DNA of 62,986 nt, filler included, from Globobulimina sp. (GCA_003354225.1; 39 parts of 39 records of this genome joined end to end with filler, not necessarily neighbours in it); one strand, 5' to 3'. Shown: positions 11,796 to 25,892, numbered from the whole stretch's first letter. Made by a program: numbers and translations. Notes: generated by a model from the sequence alone, not told the origin.

Positions 11796-11970
11796 GCCAT
11801 TGAATGCAATTGTTTGTAGTCGATGCTTTCGAAAATACGTGAAACAATGTAGTGGCTGCAAACAAATTGTTTTGAGCAATACCATTGATAGTTTAACAAT
11901 TGATGGCAAGTGGTATTGTGTGCAATCTATTCAATGTATATCTGGATTCAGTAATGACTACATTCATTAA
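11785..11970 (+). CDS. Eukaryotic LIM/zinc-finger fragment
   Basis: CDLPL..CSRC.....CSGCKQ.....DGKWY; AT-rich. Confidence 0.45.
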   Translation: MCDLPLNAIVCSRCFRKYVKQCSGCKQIVLSNTIDSLTIDGKWYCVQSIQCISGFSNDYIH

Positions 11971-12173
11971 TTCATAAGCATCCATTTTTGAGCTAGTTCA
12001 TTCCTACATTTTCTTAAACGGACACAAATCGATAGGACTTGAGTCATGCGCTCATGCCTCAATATTCAACATCAAAATAACGATATAAAATACGATTAAA
12101 TTAGAAAACGCAACAAAAAAAGCTAAACAATGATTGCAAATCCGATCCAGCACAAAAACAAACAAATTCGCAA

Positions 12174-12848
12174 TCATTCAACACTCGCTGCAACGGGCAC
12201 AATTCCTTTCGTGTGTTGCCTTAAAATTATATTCCGAACATCATCAAAAACATTCTCAATATTTTTCTTTTCCATCGCGCACGTGAAGTGCGCATAAAGT
12301 ACCTTATCCGAACGGTTCAATGCATTGTATTTTGCCTTAATATATGCAGCACATTGCTCATAATCATGTTTATCATTTTCGACCACTGTGCTATGCTCAT
12401 CTTTATACTCCGCAAAATCAGTAAACACCGGACAATCGGTAATGGCCACAGTCTTAATTTTCTCTGCAAATAAGTCTTTCTTATTAAAAAACAAAATAAT
12501 ATCAGATTTAGCAAATATTTCATTATTGCACACATCTTCAAATATCTCCATCGAATCTTGCATACAGTTTTTATTTTGCACTTCGAACATTGTCTGATCA
12601 AAACATGACAAACTAACCACAAACAACAATGCAGTCACATTATCAAAGCAATTTATCCATTTCTTCCTCTCTGAGACTTGTCCGCCAACGTCAAAAATAT
12701 GAAACTTCCGCTCATTGACACTAAACCAACGCTGTATAATTCCTGTAAAAAAACGCAATGTAATATCAGATTGCTTTGAATGTAAATGTTTTCGGCGTAC
12801 CTGTTGTTCTATGGTTTACGTGTAAGAAATCCAATTGATTTGGCACAT
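12174..12848 (-). CDS. Heterotrimeric G-protein alpha subunit, 5'-partial
   Basis: RTTG (across 58-nt intron 12800-12743), DVGGQ, NKKD, TCA motifs. Confidence 0.95.
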
Positions 12849-12948
12849 NNNNNNNNNNNNNNNNNNNNNNNNNNNNNNNNNNNNNNNNNNNNTTAATTAA
12901 TTAANNNNNNNNNNNNNNNNNNNNNNNNNNNNNNNNNNNNNNNNNNNN

Positions 12949-14373
12949 GAATTGGAGCGATGATGAGCACGTTTATTTGAACTCAATTGATTTCACTGAT
13001 TCATGTTTTTCAAGTAATGAATTATTGACGGCACCATCAACAAAATCAATGGCCAGAACTCCACCACCTGTACAATACTGGTCTTGTACGCAATGTAATC
13101 AGCTTAACAGTTAATAACTTAATATTTATCTCAATTTCCAAATAAAAATCAAATATATACACATCTAACAGATTTAAAAGATACATTTAGTAAATATGAC
13201 ATGAAATGTTTTCGATGTGATTATCTCTATGATATCACATCAACCGTAATATCTTTAGTGGCTCATCTCTCACAACAAACAATATGGAAATGCACGCAAT
13301 GCACATTTTGCAATCCATTGAATGCAGAACAATGTCAAATGTGTGAGTCGAATAAACCGTTAAGTTTATATATTTTAAATATCGTTTCTCCGAATTATAA
13401 AACATAAAAACAGTCCCTGCGCAATTACACATGGCCCGGCTGAATATGCTGACGACCATCAAGTGTTTAGTTTCATTTTTATGTTCACCAAATGGATAGA
13501 ACCGCACTTATTTGATTGTTGTGCCACATATTTAGCAAATGCAGATTTAATAAGAGATACAATGATAAATATGCAACAATTTTAGTGGTTGGATACTTGC
13601 GAGCGATTTGTAATTATTATTTAGATTTGAATAAAACCGCTTCGTTATGTCCATTCAATTCAAAAATACCCGATATTTTATCGCTTATTGTTCTGCAATT
13701 TTATCAATTTTGTAATTTCTGGAATATGCGATATTTAAATAAATGGCGATTTGATCAGGAAAGAGATGAAAATGGAGACAAAGTGGAGAATAAACGCACA
13801 TTAATACTGAAAGCAGCAGATTCTGATGACGATGACAAGGACGATGATGAATGGATTAATGCATTTTCTTTACAAAAAGTAGAATATTTAGGCGATTATT
13901 CGTGGACGTTGCAGATACAGAATATTGACAAAAATAAATTAAATGACGCATATGTGGACTGTTGGATTGGTGTCATGGAATCTGCACATGTTTGGGCCTC
14001 ATGTTTGCGAGCAAGAAATAACAGATTATTTTGTTCGACGTCATTTGGATTTGGCGTATATGGACATAATGGGAATAAAATGTGGAATGATTTCTCGAAA
14101 TCATTTGGGAGTCCATTTAAAATGAATGATATAATTACGGTTAAATTACAATGTACGCGGAGTTACTATGAATTATTATTTTTGGTAAATGGACAAAATA
14201 TTGCTGCCAATTTGAAACAGAATAATGTCAATAATGTTGCGTATCGATTGCCAAATGAGAAAGTATATGAAATGGTAATTGCGGTAAAAAATCCAACGTA
14301 TAAAATTAAATGTATTTCATTTGAGACTCAACCATATAACTTGTTGTTAAACGACAACTTAGCATTGTTTTAA
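12949..14373 (+). CDS. Multi-exon protein with RanBP2-type zinc fingers and SPRY-like C-terminal region
   Basis: WSCTQC and WKCTQCTFCNPLNAEQCQMCE; C-terminal WIGV...FKMNDIITVKL...LLFLVNG; exon joins not fully resolved. Confidence 0.55.
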
Positions 14374-14434
14374 TTTTTTTGTATTCGTGCGTGTTAATTA
14401 TAATTCATTAGTCGTGCCTCGTGATTAAACTTTA

Positions 14435-14466
14435 AACGATATATTCCATTGGATAACCCCCCTGTT
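14435..14466 (+). repeat. Dispersed repeat end (copy 2)
   Basis: AACGATATATTCCATTGGATAACCCCCC matches 3093-3138. Confidence 0.8.
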
Positions 14467-15827
14467 NNNNNNNNNNNNNNNNNNNNNNNNNNNNNNNNNN
14501 NNNNNNNNNNTTAATTAATTAANNNNNNNNNNNNNNNNNNNNNNNNNNNNNNNNNNNNNNNNNNNNGTATTTTCCCTGAATTTCAGGAGGCCCCGCAAAG
14601 GCTGGCATTAAATCATTAAAAAAAACCTCAGTTTCATTAATTACCACTCTTTGTTTCTGTAAAGGAATACTATGTAACCTTTGCCACCATATCTGATCGC
14701 ATATTAACATGTGATATAAGGTACTTTTGATTGTAAAAAATGGAGCAGCTGTCGTTTTAGCATAATGGTCTTGGTTGTTACCAAAATGTGTTATACTGTA
14801 CTCATTCAATACGTTATATGTCCATTTATTATAACTGGTGAAATATCCAAGTTGACTTTTTAATACAGAAACTTTTGATGCTTGAAGTTTGGGCATGGTA
14901 AAGTACTAGAAACTAGTTCAAATATCTGGAGTCTGGACCACAACATGGATTTACCACATGGATGGGGGTCAGCAACAACTTCTGATGGCAGAGTAGTATT
15001 TTATCAATGATATCACGAGAGAAACTATATTATCCCGCTACTATTTATGCAAACTATATTAATATTTTAGGGAAAGCAATTGTATATTTCATTGCATAAT
15101 ACATCAAAATGTGTGTACGGCTCACACGGTCATTTCTTAAAACATCAGATAACCATGCAAATGGACAAGAACTTCAACAGATGGTATAAGATGTTTGCCG
15201 TTTAAGAGTGAGAAGTCAGGAGTGTAAATAATTTGGTTGGGAGAAATAATTCAAAAACCAACTCCTTTTAGAAATTATGTAAATTTGCATTTGGCACAGT
15301 TGCTCTTTTGCTTTGCATCTATGTACCATCAATAATGTTAATTTAATTCTTGAGGCATTTATGGAGTATAAAATAAATCCCACGTAGCTGATCCAGGATT
15401 GCCATTCATCAACGAGTCACAACCAATATTTGGTGGCTGGCTTCGATTCGCACTTATAATGGGTCAGACTCTCTGCTTTGATTTTAGTGTTGGCTTTCTT
15501 TGCAGTTTCGCTCTTTCACATATTTTTTGTTTAGCGTGGAAGCGGTGAATGTTGGGCGTGACGTTAAATATTACTGTTTCTTCATTGCATATTTATTATA
15601 TCTCCGATTGTCGCATAAAACTGAAACTATCACCATCGAAAGGATCAGATTTAAGTAATCACAGAAACTGATTTGTGTCCGGATGTATTTTTGTTGGACG
15701 CATTGCGAGTTAGCAAATATGATTTATTATGTTTTACAGTTCTCAGTGCTAACTTCACATTTTTCCCACATTACCATCCCCTTTTTTTTTCGTCTGAACT
15801 GGTACTGGAATTTGTATCGTTTCGTGA

Positions 15828-16084
15828 ATGGAGAATCATCATCAAAAACACTCAAACGATGATAAAAGCAGCAACACAGCCAAACCAAGCATTGATTTTA
15901 ATTTTTTTTTAAACACAGAGATCAATGACAGTAAGAACTGCGTAGTAAATGAATGCAAATCAGTCCAAAGAGTGACGAAAGCGTTGATGTATTACGAAAG
16001 CTTAAATAACACAAAACAGGAAAACAGTAACGGACAGGCAATATTCAGTGCGTTTTTAGTGGAAATTTATAAACATTATTTAGA
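15828..16084 (+). CDS. N-terminus of lineage-expanded family (see 42069, 45345)
   Basis: C....C.SVQR...AL.YY motif shared with those ORFs. Confidence 0.45.
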
Positions 16085-16185
16085 NNNNNNNNNNNNNNNN
16101 NNNNNNNNNNNNNNNNNNNNNNNNNNNNTTAATTAATTAANNNNNNNNNNNNNNNNNNNNNNNNNNNNNNNNNNNNNNNNNNNNA

Positions 16186-16303
16186 TTGACTCGAACATAT
16201 GTGTAATCACTTTATGACTAAATAGTTCCCGGAATAATCCTAACCTAAACTGTATTTTTTTCTTGATTGGTTGACTCGAACATATGTGTAATCACTTTAT
16301 GAC
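16186..16303 (+). repeat. 33-bp exact direct repeat, 85-bp period
   Basis: TTGACTCGAACATATGTGTAATCACTTTATGAC at 16186-16218 and 16271-16303. Confidence 0.9.
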
Positions 16304-17328
16304 GCCAGAACACACACCACACGACAGACAAAAGAGCAGACAGAGCTCACGCCACACAAAAGAGCAGACAGAACACACCCCACACACCACACAAAGTTCA
16401 TTGAGCTGTGGAAGCTCTTTGGAATTATTATTTATTGGTGCTTGCTGTTTAGCAGCAACGTTTTGTGCATCAACAATATCATTATTGGTTGTTGTATGTT
16501 GTTGTCATGCAACAAAATATGATCAAGAAATATTATTAAATACTGTCGGATCTAATGCAAACCAATCATATGTACAAAACCAAATGTGTTCAAAACGTAT
16601 TGGTCCATCTGGAACAGTGACAGTTGGAGATTTAATTAACAAACTACAAACATTGCAAGCATTGATTCAACAGCAACAACCACGTAATAATAACAGTATT
16701 GGTCAATCGATCCATGGCCAAAATTCTTTTCATAATTCGCCATGGAACAACATAATTCAACATCAAATGCAATTAACCACATTCCAAAATAGTAACAATT
16801 CAATAAAAAAGCATGATGCTTCTGCTTCTAATAAAATTGGACCTGTCCAAGTCAATACAATTCAATTCATGGAATTTTTAGATTATCAACGCCGAAAACA
16901 AAAACAATATTTAGATCGAATTGCTATTCGCAAGAAATCACGGAGTGATCCAATTCATTATAATGCAGTGCATCAACACAAACCAAATTGTATGTTTTTT
17001 TATTTTTTTTTTTTATTTTTTTTTTTTTATCTTTGTCATCAAAATAAGATAACTTGAAAGTGGAAGATCAAATATCACATAGTGGCTCATCAGAAAATTT
17101 ATTTGTAGAAAAAGTGAGGTCATCACAAAAAAACAGGTCGGGTGAAGACAGTGAGATTTCTATATCAGCCCCGTTGCCAGCTTCAAATCCAACATCAGCG
17201 TCTGAGGAAGAAACAACATTCAGACGTTTCGTTAAACGATAGCTTGCCATTAAATAATAATAAATTCAAAAGAAAAAAATCCCATCATTTTAAAACAATA
17301 AATGTTATGTTATAATTATTTATATCAT

Positions 17329-17702
17329 TTACTCTGTTTCTGCTTCTTTGTCAGCATTTTCATCTTGATTATTTTCATCATTTTCATCTTGTTTTGGTGG
17401 AGCCGGTGGCACTTCTTCTTTTTGTACAAAAAATATTGTTTCTTGTTGATTTTCTTGATTTTGAATTGCAATTTCTTGAAATTCATTAAATTGCGATTGC
17501 ACCGTCAATGGAAGTGTTGGCGTATAATAAGTTTGACGATTTTTAATCCCATTTCCAATATAAATGTTAACAAATGTGTTAGTATGAGATAAATAAATTG
17601 TTTTAGCTCCGCTCCATAATTTATTATTAATCACAACAATTTTATATGGCATATTTTTATTTAATTGACGAATATACCAACAATTTGATGACTCACTTTT
17701 TT
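17329..17702 (-). CDS. Radial spoke head protein RSPH4/6-like C-terminus
   Basis: NKLWSGA...FVNIYIGNGIK...YTPTLPLTVQSQF followed by acidic tail. Confidence 0.72.
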
Positions 17703-17816
17703 NNNNNNNNNNNNNNNNNNNNNNNNNNNNNNNNNNNNNNNNNNNNTTAATTAATTAANNNNNNNNNNNNNNNNNNNNNNNNNNNNNNNNNNNNNNNNNN
17801 NNCAACTTATCGACCA

Positions 17817-17849
17817 GGGGGGGGGGGTTATCTTTTGGAATATATCGTT
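17817..17849 (-). repeat. Dispersed repeat end (copy 3)
   Basis: Reverse complement reads AACGATATATTCCAAAAGATAAC followed by a C-run. Confidence 0.8.
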
Positions 17850-17927
17850 TACTGATATCTTTTTTCTTTTATAATTAAATCAAAGTAAGTTTTTAAAAAG
17901 CTCTGTCCAAACAGATAGCGCAACAAA

Positions 17928-19282
17928 ATGAGAACACTGTTAGCATTTCTCTCAGTAACCATATCACATACATTTGCAACATCTTATGAGGGCTGCAATT
18001 TTGAATTAACAGACACAAGAGGAATAACAGCCGAATATGATTTGACCTATTTTCACCTAGCTTATGATGTATTTCGTGTACGTGATGTGCAAAATGCATA
18101 TTTTACATATATGTTTAATATATGTGGCAGTATTGAAGCACAATTAATGAGCGACAACCAAACCATACCCTCTGCCTGCGCCCATCCCAAAAGCAACCAT
18201 GGTCCATGTACCTCTCCAGCAGCCCTTGAAAATTCATCCATTCCATGTACCAGTTGGGAAACTACCACCGGCAAAAACCCATCGGCCATACAAGTCGATA
18301 CCATTGACAATGACACCACAAGTTGCTATTGGTTAGGAATGGAAGTTCGATCACAAGATCATATGCCTCAGTATAAAATGGAGTTATTACGTCCGAATGA
18401 CGCGGGGAAAGGTGTTATTTTCACCATATTAAATGGCGAATGGTGTGCCGATGTTGGCAGAAATCGGGAATTACGAATTAAATTAGAATGTCCTGATGAT
18501 GATAGAATCGAATTTGAGCCGAGTGTGCATCAAACACACATCAATGCGGAAACTGTGCTAGAAATTGATACTTGCATTTATGAGTTGGCTGTGGTTTCAC
18601 CCAATGCTTGTCCCGTATGCATATATTTATATATATTATGTTTCGGTTTGACGTACACCGCAAAAACAAAACGTATATCCTTGCACATATTTGAGCCAAT
18701 GTTTTTATCCTTGCACTTTGTATTCAGAATAAATGTGTCTCGCGTTTGAATTTGGAGATGTTTGCCGTGTGTGGCACAAATGGAATATGTGAAGCAGATC
18801 CGTACGGGAATGGTGACGACAAATATCCAAATGGCACATTACGGTGTTTGTGTGATGATGGTTATATGGGTGATATTTGCGTAGATATCAATTCTGAGAT
18901 CACAATAATTGATCAGACTCATCCCGGCTTATTAGCGGCAATAATAATATGTATCATATTATTAGGGATAGCCATTGTTTGTGCGGCGGTGTTATGCCAT
19001 AAGATAAGAATGAGAGAATTGGAGGAGACGCAAAGTATGGATCATTTATCTGGCGGCATGTTGCAAGATGCCGAAGATGCACAGTTAGCACAAGTTAAAA
19101 CAGATGCGATGAGTATGAATATCTCCAGTGAGATAAGACAAGTTCGACAACCAACGAGTACCGCTGCTGTGCAATTACAGACTGTCGACGACCAAATGGA
19201 AACGGACAAAGTTGATGATAGGAATGAATTATTGGATGATAATGAGGATGATACCCCGGATGTTGCGGGTACTGAGGATTAA
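17928..19282 (+). CDS. Type I membrane protein: signal peptide, MRH/ATG27-like domain, EGF-like domain, TM
   Basis: YMFNICG...NGEWC....RELRIKLEC...CIYEL...NACP; intron 18615-18727; CLCDDGYMGDIC; hydrophobic TM. Confidence 0.75.
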
Positions 19283-19490
19283 TTATTAAATTTTCTAATT
19301 ATTATTAAATACGTTCTTTANNNNNNNNNNNNNNNNNNNNNNNNNNNNNNNNNNNNNNNNNNNNTTAATTAATTAANNNNNNNNNNNNNNNNNNNNNNNN
19401 NNNNNNNNNNNNNNNNNNNNCGAAATCCCTGAAATCAAAAAATGGATCAAAACGCAAAATAAAAATAACAAAAAATACACAAAACAGATT

Positions 19491-20938
19491 GTGGAGACTA
19501 TTAATAAGTACATTGAAAATAAAAAGGAAAACAGTGCACTTATCCGGCGGTTTGATACCAAGCAATTCGATCCCATTCGGTTTAAAAAGCAGTTGTTTGT
19601 TGACAGTGAGGAAGAAGAGGCGGTGGAGGTTTTGGAAGAGGTCAAACGTGGACATCGCACTCAATTTTCCTTCGAACGGAATACATCATTTGATATCCCG
19701 TCGGATGACGGTGATAATGACGAAGTAGATGGCAATGATAATGATATTACTTTACATCTCAATGACAGTGAGGCCTTGCCGCCATTTTATAGAAAACGCA
19801 CCAAATCGCGCAAGTTGGACGAGGATGAATTTACTTTGTTGTCGCCCAATACAAATAAATTGGACATTGATACGGATGAAGAGGAGCAGCAGCAACAGCA
19901 ACATGAGGAGGAGGATATGGATGCGGTTCCTGCGGAAAATGTGAATATTGGCGATATTGACTTGTTGCGTTTGATAAAATTGAATCAGTCACAGACTGAT
20001 GCATTGCGTATGAAACTGACGGAGTTGAAATGTAATAATTTTAATTTGAAGTCGAAATATGAATATTTAAAATATGATAAACAACTTTTATTGGATCAGA
20101 TTGAAGAACTGAACGAAGTGAATGCGGAGTTGAAGCATAATTGTGTTGAGATGACGGAGAATATGAGAGATGACGGCATATTACGGCAGGAATTGGTGAA
20201 TAAAGAGAGTGAGATCGCAAATAATATGGTGAAATATGATGAGTTATTGGGGAGATATAATGTATTAAAAAAAGATTATAATTCCATGTCGAAAATGTAT
20301 CAGACAATGAAGGGTAGGAAACTTGCGTTGATTGATGATGTAAATAAATATAAACAATTGTTTTGCGACTATTTTATTGAATATTTATGGTCGGAATATG
20401 TACTGATTAATAATGTGACAAATATGTTGAATGATGTTGAAAATATACAAAAATATGATCACAATTCGTTGAAAACCTCATTGCAAAAAACTATTCACAT
20501 AAATAATATTCATTATGCTGCAGAAAAAAATAAAAATCAATATACAAATGGTGATATTTATGATATGGCATTTGATTCAAAATCAAAATTGAATGAATTT
20601 ATAACAGATTTAGATATTTTGCCCGCTTTTACACAGAATGACAATGCCAACGATGGTTATTATCGCATTTCATTGCCGCCAATGTTAAAAAAATTAGAAT
20701 TTATTTTTGTTAAATTATTGTCGAAAATCGATACAAATAACGTATCCTTTTCGCAATTGGATAAAATAAATAGTACAAGTAACGAATGCGATGAATGTAC
20801 TGCATTATCGCTTAAATTGTGCGAATTGAATAATAATTTATTCAGCATCGAGTCTGAAAAAGAAGATATTTATTTGTTATTTAGCAAATATAAAAAAGAG
20901 AGGTTGAATCTGTTAAAAAAGATAAATGAATACCAAAA
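19491..20938 (+). CDS. Coiled-coil protein, partial
   Basis: Long E/K/L/N-rich heptad ORF. Confidence 0.6.
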
Positions 20939-21086
20939 NNNNNNNNNNNNNNNNNNNNNNNNNNNNNNNNNNNNNNNNNNNNTTAATTAATTAANNNNNN
21001 NNNNNNNNNNNNNNNNNNNNNNNNNNNNNNNNNNNNNNATAAAACAAAATGGACTTTAATTCTGACTATGAATAGGAACATACCGT

Positions 21087-22054
21087 ACCTTCCAGCAATG
21101 ATCATATTCATTGCAATATTTTTTAATTGCGTACGATTCAAAGTTTTATCGTGTTTATAAAACAAAGATATTATGTCATTATATTTATCACCAGACTCGT
21201 CACTGATGTTTGCTATATCCGTTTGTCGCGAATCCAATACGCGATCCACAAACGCATTTATTATTTTTATATCTCGTTTAATAGCGCCTTCGTTTCCAAT
21301 TTGCAATGGCAACATTCGCATTGCTTTCCATACCCACGGCGGCGTGACATGCCTCACTGCGAACTGCGCAATTAATCCATCAAATGCTTGTGCAAATTCT
21401 TGAGTGTCTGGATACATTTCAATGGAATGTATAGATTTTCCAAAGGCAATGGCTGTGAAACAATCGAGCGTAAAACGTCCCAACATGTCGTAAATATCGA
21501 TATCATTCAATATGTGCTGATCGCTGTTAATTTTAGCAATTACCCGTTGTGTATAATTGACTGTACATTCAAACATATAATTTTTCAGGTTTCTCATTGA
21601 AAACATTCCATCGCGGAGGGTCTGACGCGAAAATCCCATCACCTAACATCTCTTTCACTTCTTCAGCGATGCGCTCGCCTTTTCTAAATGATTCAAATTC
21701 TGTTTCAAATACCAATCTGGCTATTTCTGGACCCAAAATCAAAATGCCGTACATTGGTCGATATGAAGTCAGTGCTACACATTTGGGAAAACCAGCTTCT
21801 TTCGCCAACTCGTATAGTTTTTCATTTATATTATCCCAATGCTTGATCCATACCAAAAAATGTCCTGTGATTGGACTCCACTCTCCTAAGGTCACTATAT
21901 TGTCATGCTGCCGTGCACGATATTTTGCGAACCAAACTATAAATAATGTAACGGCAATTCCCCATTTTATTAATTTTTTCAGGTGCCGCTTACTTCTTAC
22001 TTTAAGAATTGAGTGTTTTATTACATTTAAAAGCTTTTGCAAATGCGCTGACAT
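21087..22054 (-). pseudogene. Cytochrome P450 (CYP86/704-clan-like) N-terminal part with frameshifting deletion at ~21607
   Basis: N-terminal TM, LGDGIF, RFTLD..IAFG, I-helix NMIIAGR; C-helix WxxxR region missing. Confidence 0.8.
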
Positions 22055-22859
22055 GTGTTAGTTTACTCGCTCGCAAATACTAAAAAACTTTTTCTAACGA
22101 TGGTAACCAACAAGTACTGGTTAATAAAACTCAGAGACACCAGGAAGCTGTTATTATAATAAAATATACAGAGTTTTTAAATGTTTAATAAGAAAAAAAA
22201 TAAGAAAAAAAAGTTTAATACTTAAATATATACAAACATGTACATGTTAAAAAAATAATTTTATTCGTTTTTTTTCGATGTTCCAAGCCTATAATGGCCT
22301 ATGAAAGCAAGATTTAAATTTAATTACACACATACAATAATTCACGTTATTACTTATCCACAGGGGATTTATTAAATACGTAATAACACATATAATAACA
22401 CATAGTTTTGTATGATAACTAAATATTTCATACAGTCATAGGGAAAAACAAAGGGAAACAAAGGAAGAAAAATAGAAAACATATATAATTTTGTGAGTAA
22501 TAAAATAATTATCACCCAATTTAAAAAAGAAAAGAAAATAATAAAAAAAACATTTTNNNNNNNNNNNNNNNNNNNNNNNNNNNNNNNNNNNNNNNNNNNN
22601 TTAATTAATTAANNNNNNNNNNNNNNNNNNNNNNNNNNNNNNNNNNNNNNNNNNNNCAAACTCAAAACAAAGTTATAACAAATCCAACTCAGGTTGCAGT
22701 TGATTCTGAAACACGGGAGAAACAGCTGTCAGCTGCAATTATGAAATGGCAATTATGAAATGGCAATTATGAATTTGATCATTTATTTTTAGATTATTGG
22801 TTTAAAAAACCGTCTACCTCCACTTTCTGTGCTTGCATTTGGGATTATTGTAGCAAATT

Positions 22860-23793
22860 ATGAATGGCTTTCGAACCCGTGTAATCCACTTAATCCGCCA
22901 TGCAGAATCAGAATTTAATGTATTAGCTAACCACCAAACAGAAGGATTTGTTCCTGTAGTAACGAAACTTGATGCCAACTTAACAGAAAAAGGATTTAAT
23001 CAAACCACCTTTTTAGCAGAGAAAATCGAAAACGAAACAGTTAATGGATATCACCCAACACATCCATTAGCACCAAAAAATGCTCAAGTTGTCATTACAT
23101 CGCCACTCTCGAGAGCTATCCTCACGGCATCTCATTCGTTACCATTTGCCAAACATAAGTTAACCAAAAAACACACACTTTACACTTTAGTTACACAGTT
23201 ACATGCAAACAAAATACAAAATTAAAAACAAAAATAATTACAGTTATATTGTCCGCCCTGAGGTATCAGAACAAATAGAGAATACAACAGATATTCCAGT
23301 ATCAAAAAGAGAATTAATGTTAAAATTCCCATGGTTAGAACATCAAATATCCTCTTTACCGGAATGTTGGTGGTATCGGCATCCAAAATATAGAAATCTA
23401 CATTCAAATGAATGGCTTTCGCCACAGTATGATGCAGATTTATTACATTCATATAATGGACAAGAACCAGCGTCTGAATCAAAAGAAATGGTTCGACGAC
23501 GAATAAAATGGTTTTTTCAGTGGTTATGTAATGGCCCACAAAATAGATATAATAATATTGTGGTATATTCACATTGTTGCACCATATTTGAAATGGAAAA
23601 ATATTTAAAAGGATTTGATGACAACATTGAACATCCTGCATCATTATCTATGCCACAAAATACTGAAATTCGATCATTTGAACTGGTGGAAAGTGCAAAT
23701 TATTTTGAAAATTATGATGATAAACATTTATGGAGCAATTTTGACGGATATTATGTTCCGACTGCATTAGCTTCCACTGCTGCGTATGTATGA
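22860..23793 (+). CDS. Histidine phosphatase / phosphoglycerate mutase family protein
   Basis: LIRHAES, D..LT..G, SPLSRA..T, IVVYSH; 85-nt intron 23159-23243. Confidence 0.88.
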
Positions 23794-24834
23794 AATGTCA
23801 AATGTTTGAGTAATTGTGCTGAATTGTGCTGAATTGAATAAATATTGAAATGTATTGTACCGAAATGAGTGACCAGGTCTTTGTTTTTTTTGTTGTTGCA
23901 TGTTTTGTATGTTTTTGGTTTTTGTTTTGTGTAAAAATGAATGATTTGCAATTTATCCTTACACAAACTCCATTTTGTTTTTATTTGATTTGTTGTGTGT
24001 TTTTTATTTACTTCAGTTTGTATCATTAACAGTTGGCAGGTCCGTATCATTTATTTATTAATAATTAATTCAATTGTTGTGTAACCGTAACGTTGATCCC
24101 AAATTAGAAACCATGCAGTTTCTGCACGATAAAAAACTACGTCATGTTGATTATCAAGAAAAAACTTTTACTTCNNNNNNNNNNNNNNNNNNNNNNNNNN
24201 NNNNNNNNNNNNNNNNNNTTAATTAATTAANNNNNNNNNNNNNNNNNNNNNNNNNNNNNNNNNNNNNNNNNNNNTAAACAAAGATTTGCTGTAAAAGGTT
24301 GGACTGTGAATAAAATGGAATATAGTCATCCACGACACCCTGGTAAATGTCCAGATACATTATCAATATAAATTAAAATAAAATAACTTTCCTAATATTA
24401 TTGTGCAATTTAATAGTATTCATTTTCATTTTATGTTTTCAATTCGTGTTTGTGCGATCTGTATAATATTAACACTTTTGATTTGGATATCCATTCAGTC
24501 GTTTTCATCCGTAGCTACTACTTAGTTCGAACAATGCTTTGGTTGTCTGGATAAGATTACGATTAGATTATAAGACAATGCATGCAAATATAGCCATATT
24601 ACATCACCTCGATCCATACGGAGTTACGGACTCAATGTAACATGTTTATGCAGCATATCAATACTGCTAAAGATCTCAAGATTTGATTTATTATTTCAAG
24701 ATTTGTTTTATAATTAATTGCATACATTGCAGCTGCCTTTCAAAGATCACATCGTGCCATGCAATGTTGAATCGCCGCTTTTCTTTTCTAAGTTATTGAT
24801 TTCATCGAATTATTGTGTGGGACGTCCAAACAAA

Positions 24835-25792
24835 ATGGCAATTTATAACGAGAAAAAAGAAAACACCGCCGAAAAATCGATAGAAAAATCAATATTGAAT
24901 GCATTATCAGATATTATCGGAGATATAAAATGTTTTAAATCCATCAACAAGAAAATATTGAATCAATCATCAGTTATCCAACAATTAACCATTCAAACCA
25001 TTGCTGATATGGCATCCCTCGGTGTTATGCACAAACATATGTTGCTAAAATTCAATATCATCGACACACTGCTTTCTTTATGCAAAGCAACAACATATAC
25101 TCCATTATTACACACAATATCTTTAGCATTAAAAGCATTTGATACAAGCTTACCACTCACAGACGCATTATTGGATGCATTGAGTGTCTTAATTCACCAT
25201 CAGAACCAAGAAATATTTATGAATGCTTGCAGTGTCTACAATATTTTAATCGGGCCATCGAAATGGAAACAGATGTCGTATCCCCACAGTTATGGTGTTA
25301 ATTACGTGTTGCATGGCGGTCTCAGCAAGAAAGAAATCATGAAACAATATAAAGATAAAGCAAAACAGGATGGCATTGTCTGCAGTGAAGTGCTGGAAAA
25401 CTGGCAAACTGAAATTAATCTGCAAGTGCCTGATTTAATTATTAATGCGTGCAAACAATATTTTATCATGTTTGACGAAGCTAAAATAAACGATATGGAA
25501 TCTGCTGGAATCACTAAAAGATTGATTGATGAAATTGGCTGTTCGCCATTGAATGTACAGCAAATTGTGCTGGAGACGTTAGGTAATATTTGTATGTTTG
25601 GCACCGACTGTTTGGTTCACGATGCGATCACTTATCAAATGTTGAAAAGATTGAAAGATGCGCAGTATTTATTACATACAAATAGGAATATTCAGAAACA
25701 AAGTCTTTGTGTTATAGCGGGAACATTAAAGAGTATAAATGTATGTTCGTACATTATTGATATTGGAATGATGGAAATGTTGATTCATTTAT
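24835..25792 (+). CDS. Armadillo-repeat (importin-alpha-like) protein, partial
   Basis: LETLGNIC.FGTD, IQKQSLCVI, IIDIGMMEMLIHL ARM-like patterns. Confidence 0.55.
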
Positions 25793-25892
25793 NNNNNNNN
25801 NNNNNNNNNNNNNNNNNNNNNNNNNNNNNNNNNNNNTTAATTAATTAANNNNNNNNNNNNNNNNNNNNNNNNNNNNNNNNNNNNNNNNNNNN

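Noticed and set aside
16186-16303. Possible CRISPR repeat-spacer-repeat
   Set aside because: Only two copies, 52-nt spacer, no dyad symmetry, no cas genes, eukaryotic context.
22735-22773. GCAATTATGAAATG tandem repeat (~3 copies)
   Set aside because: Ordinary minisatellite.
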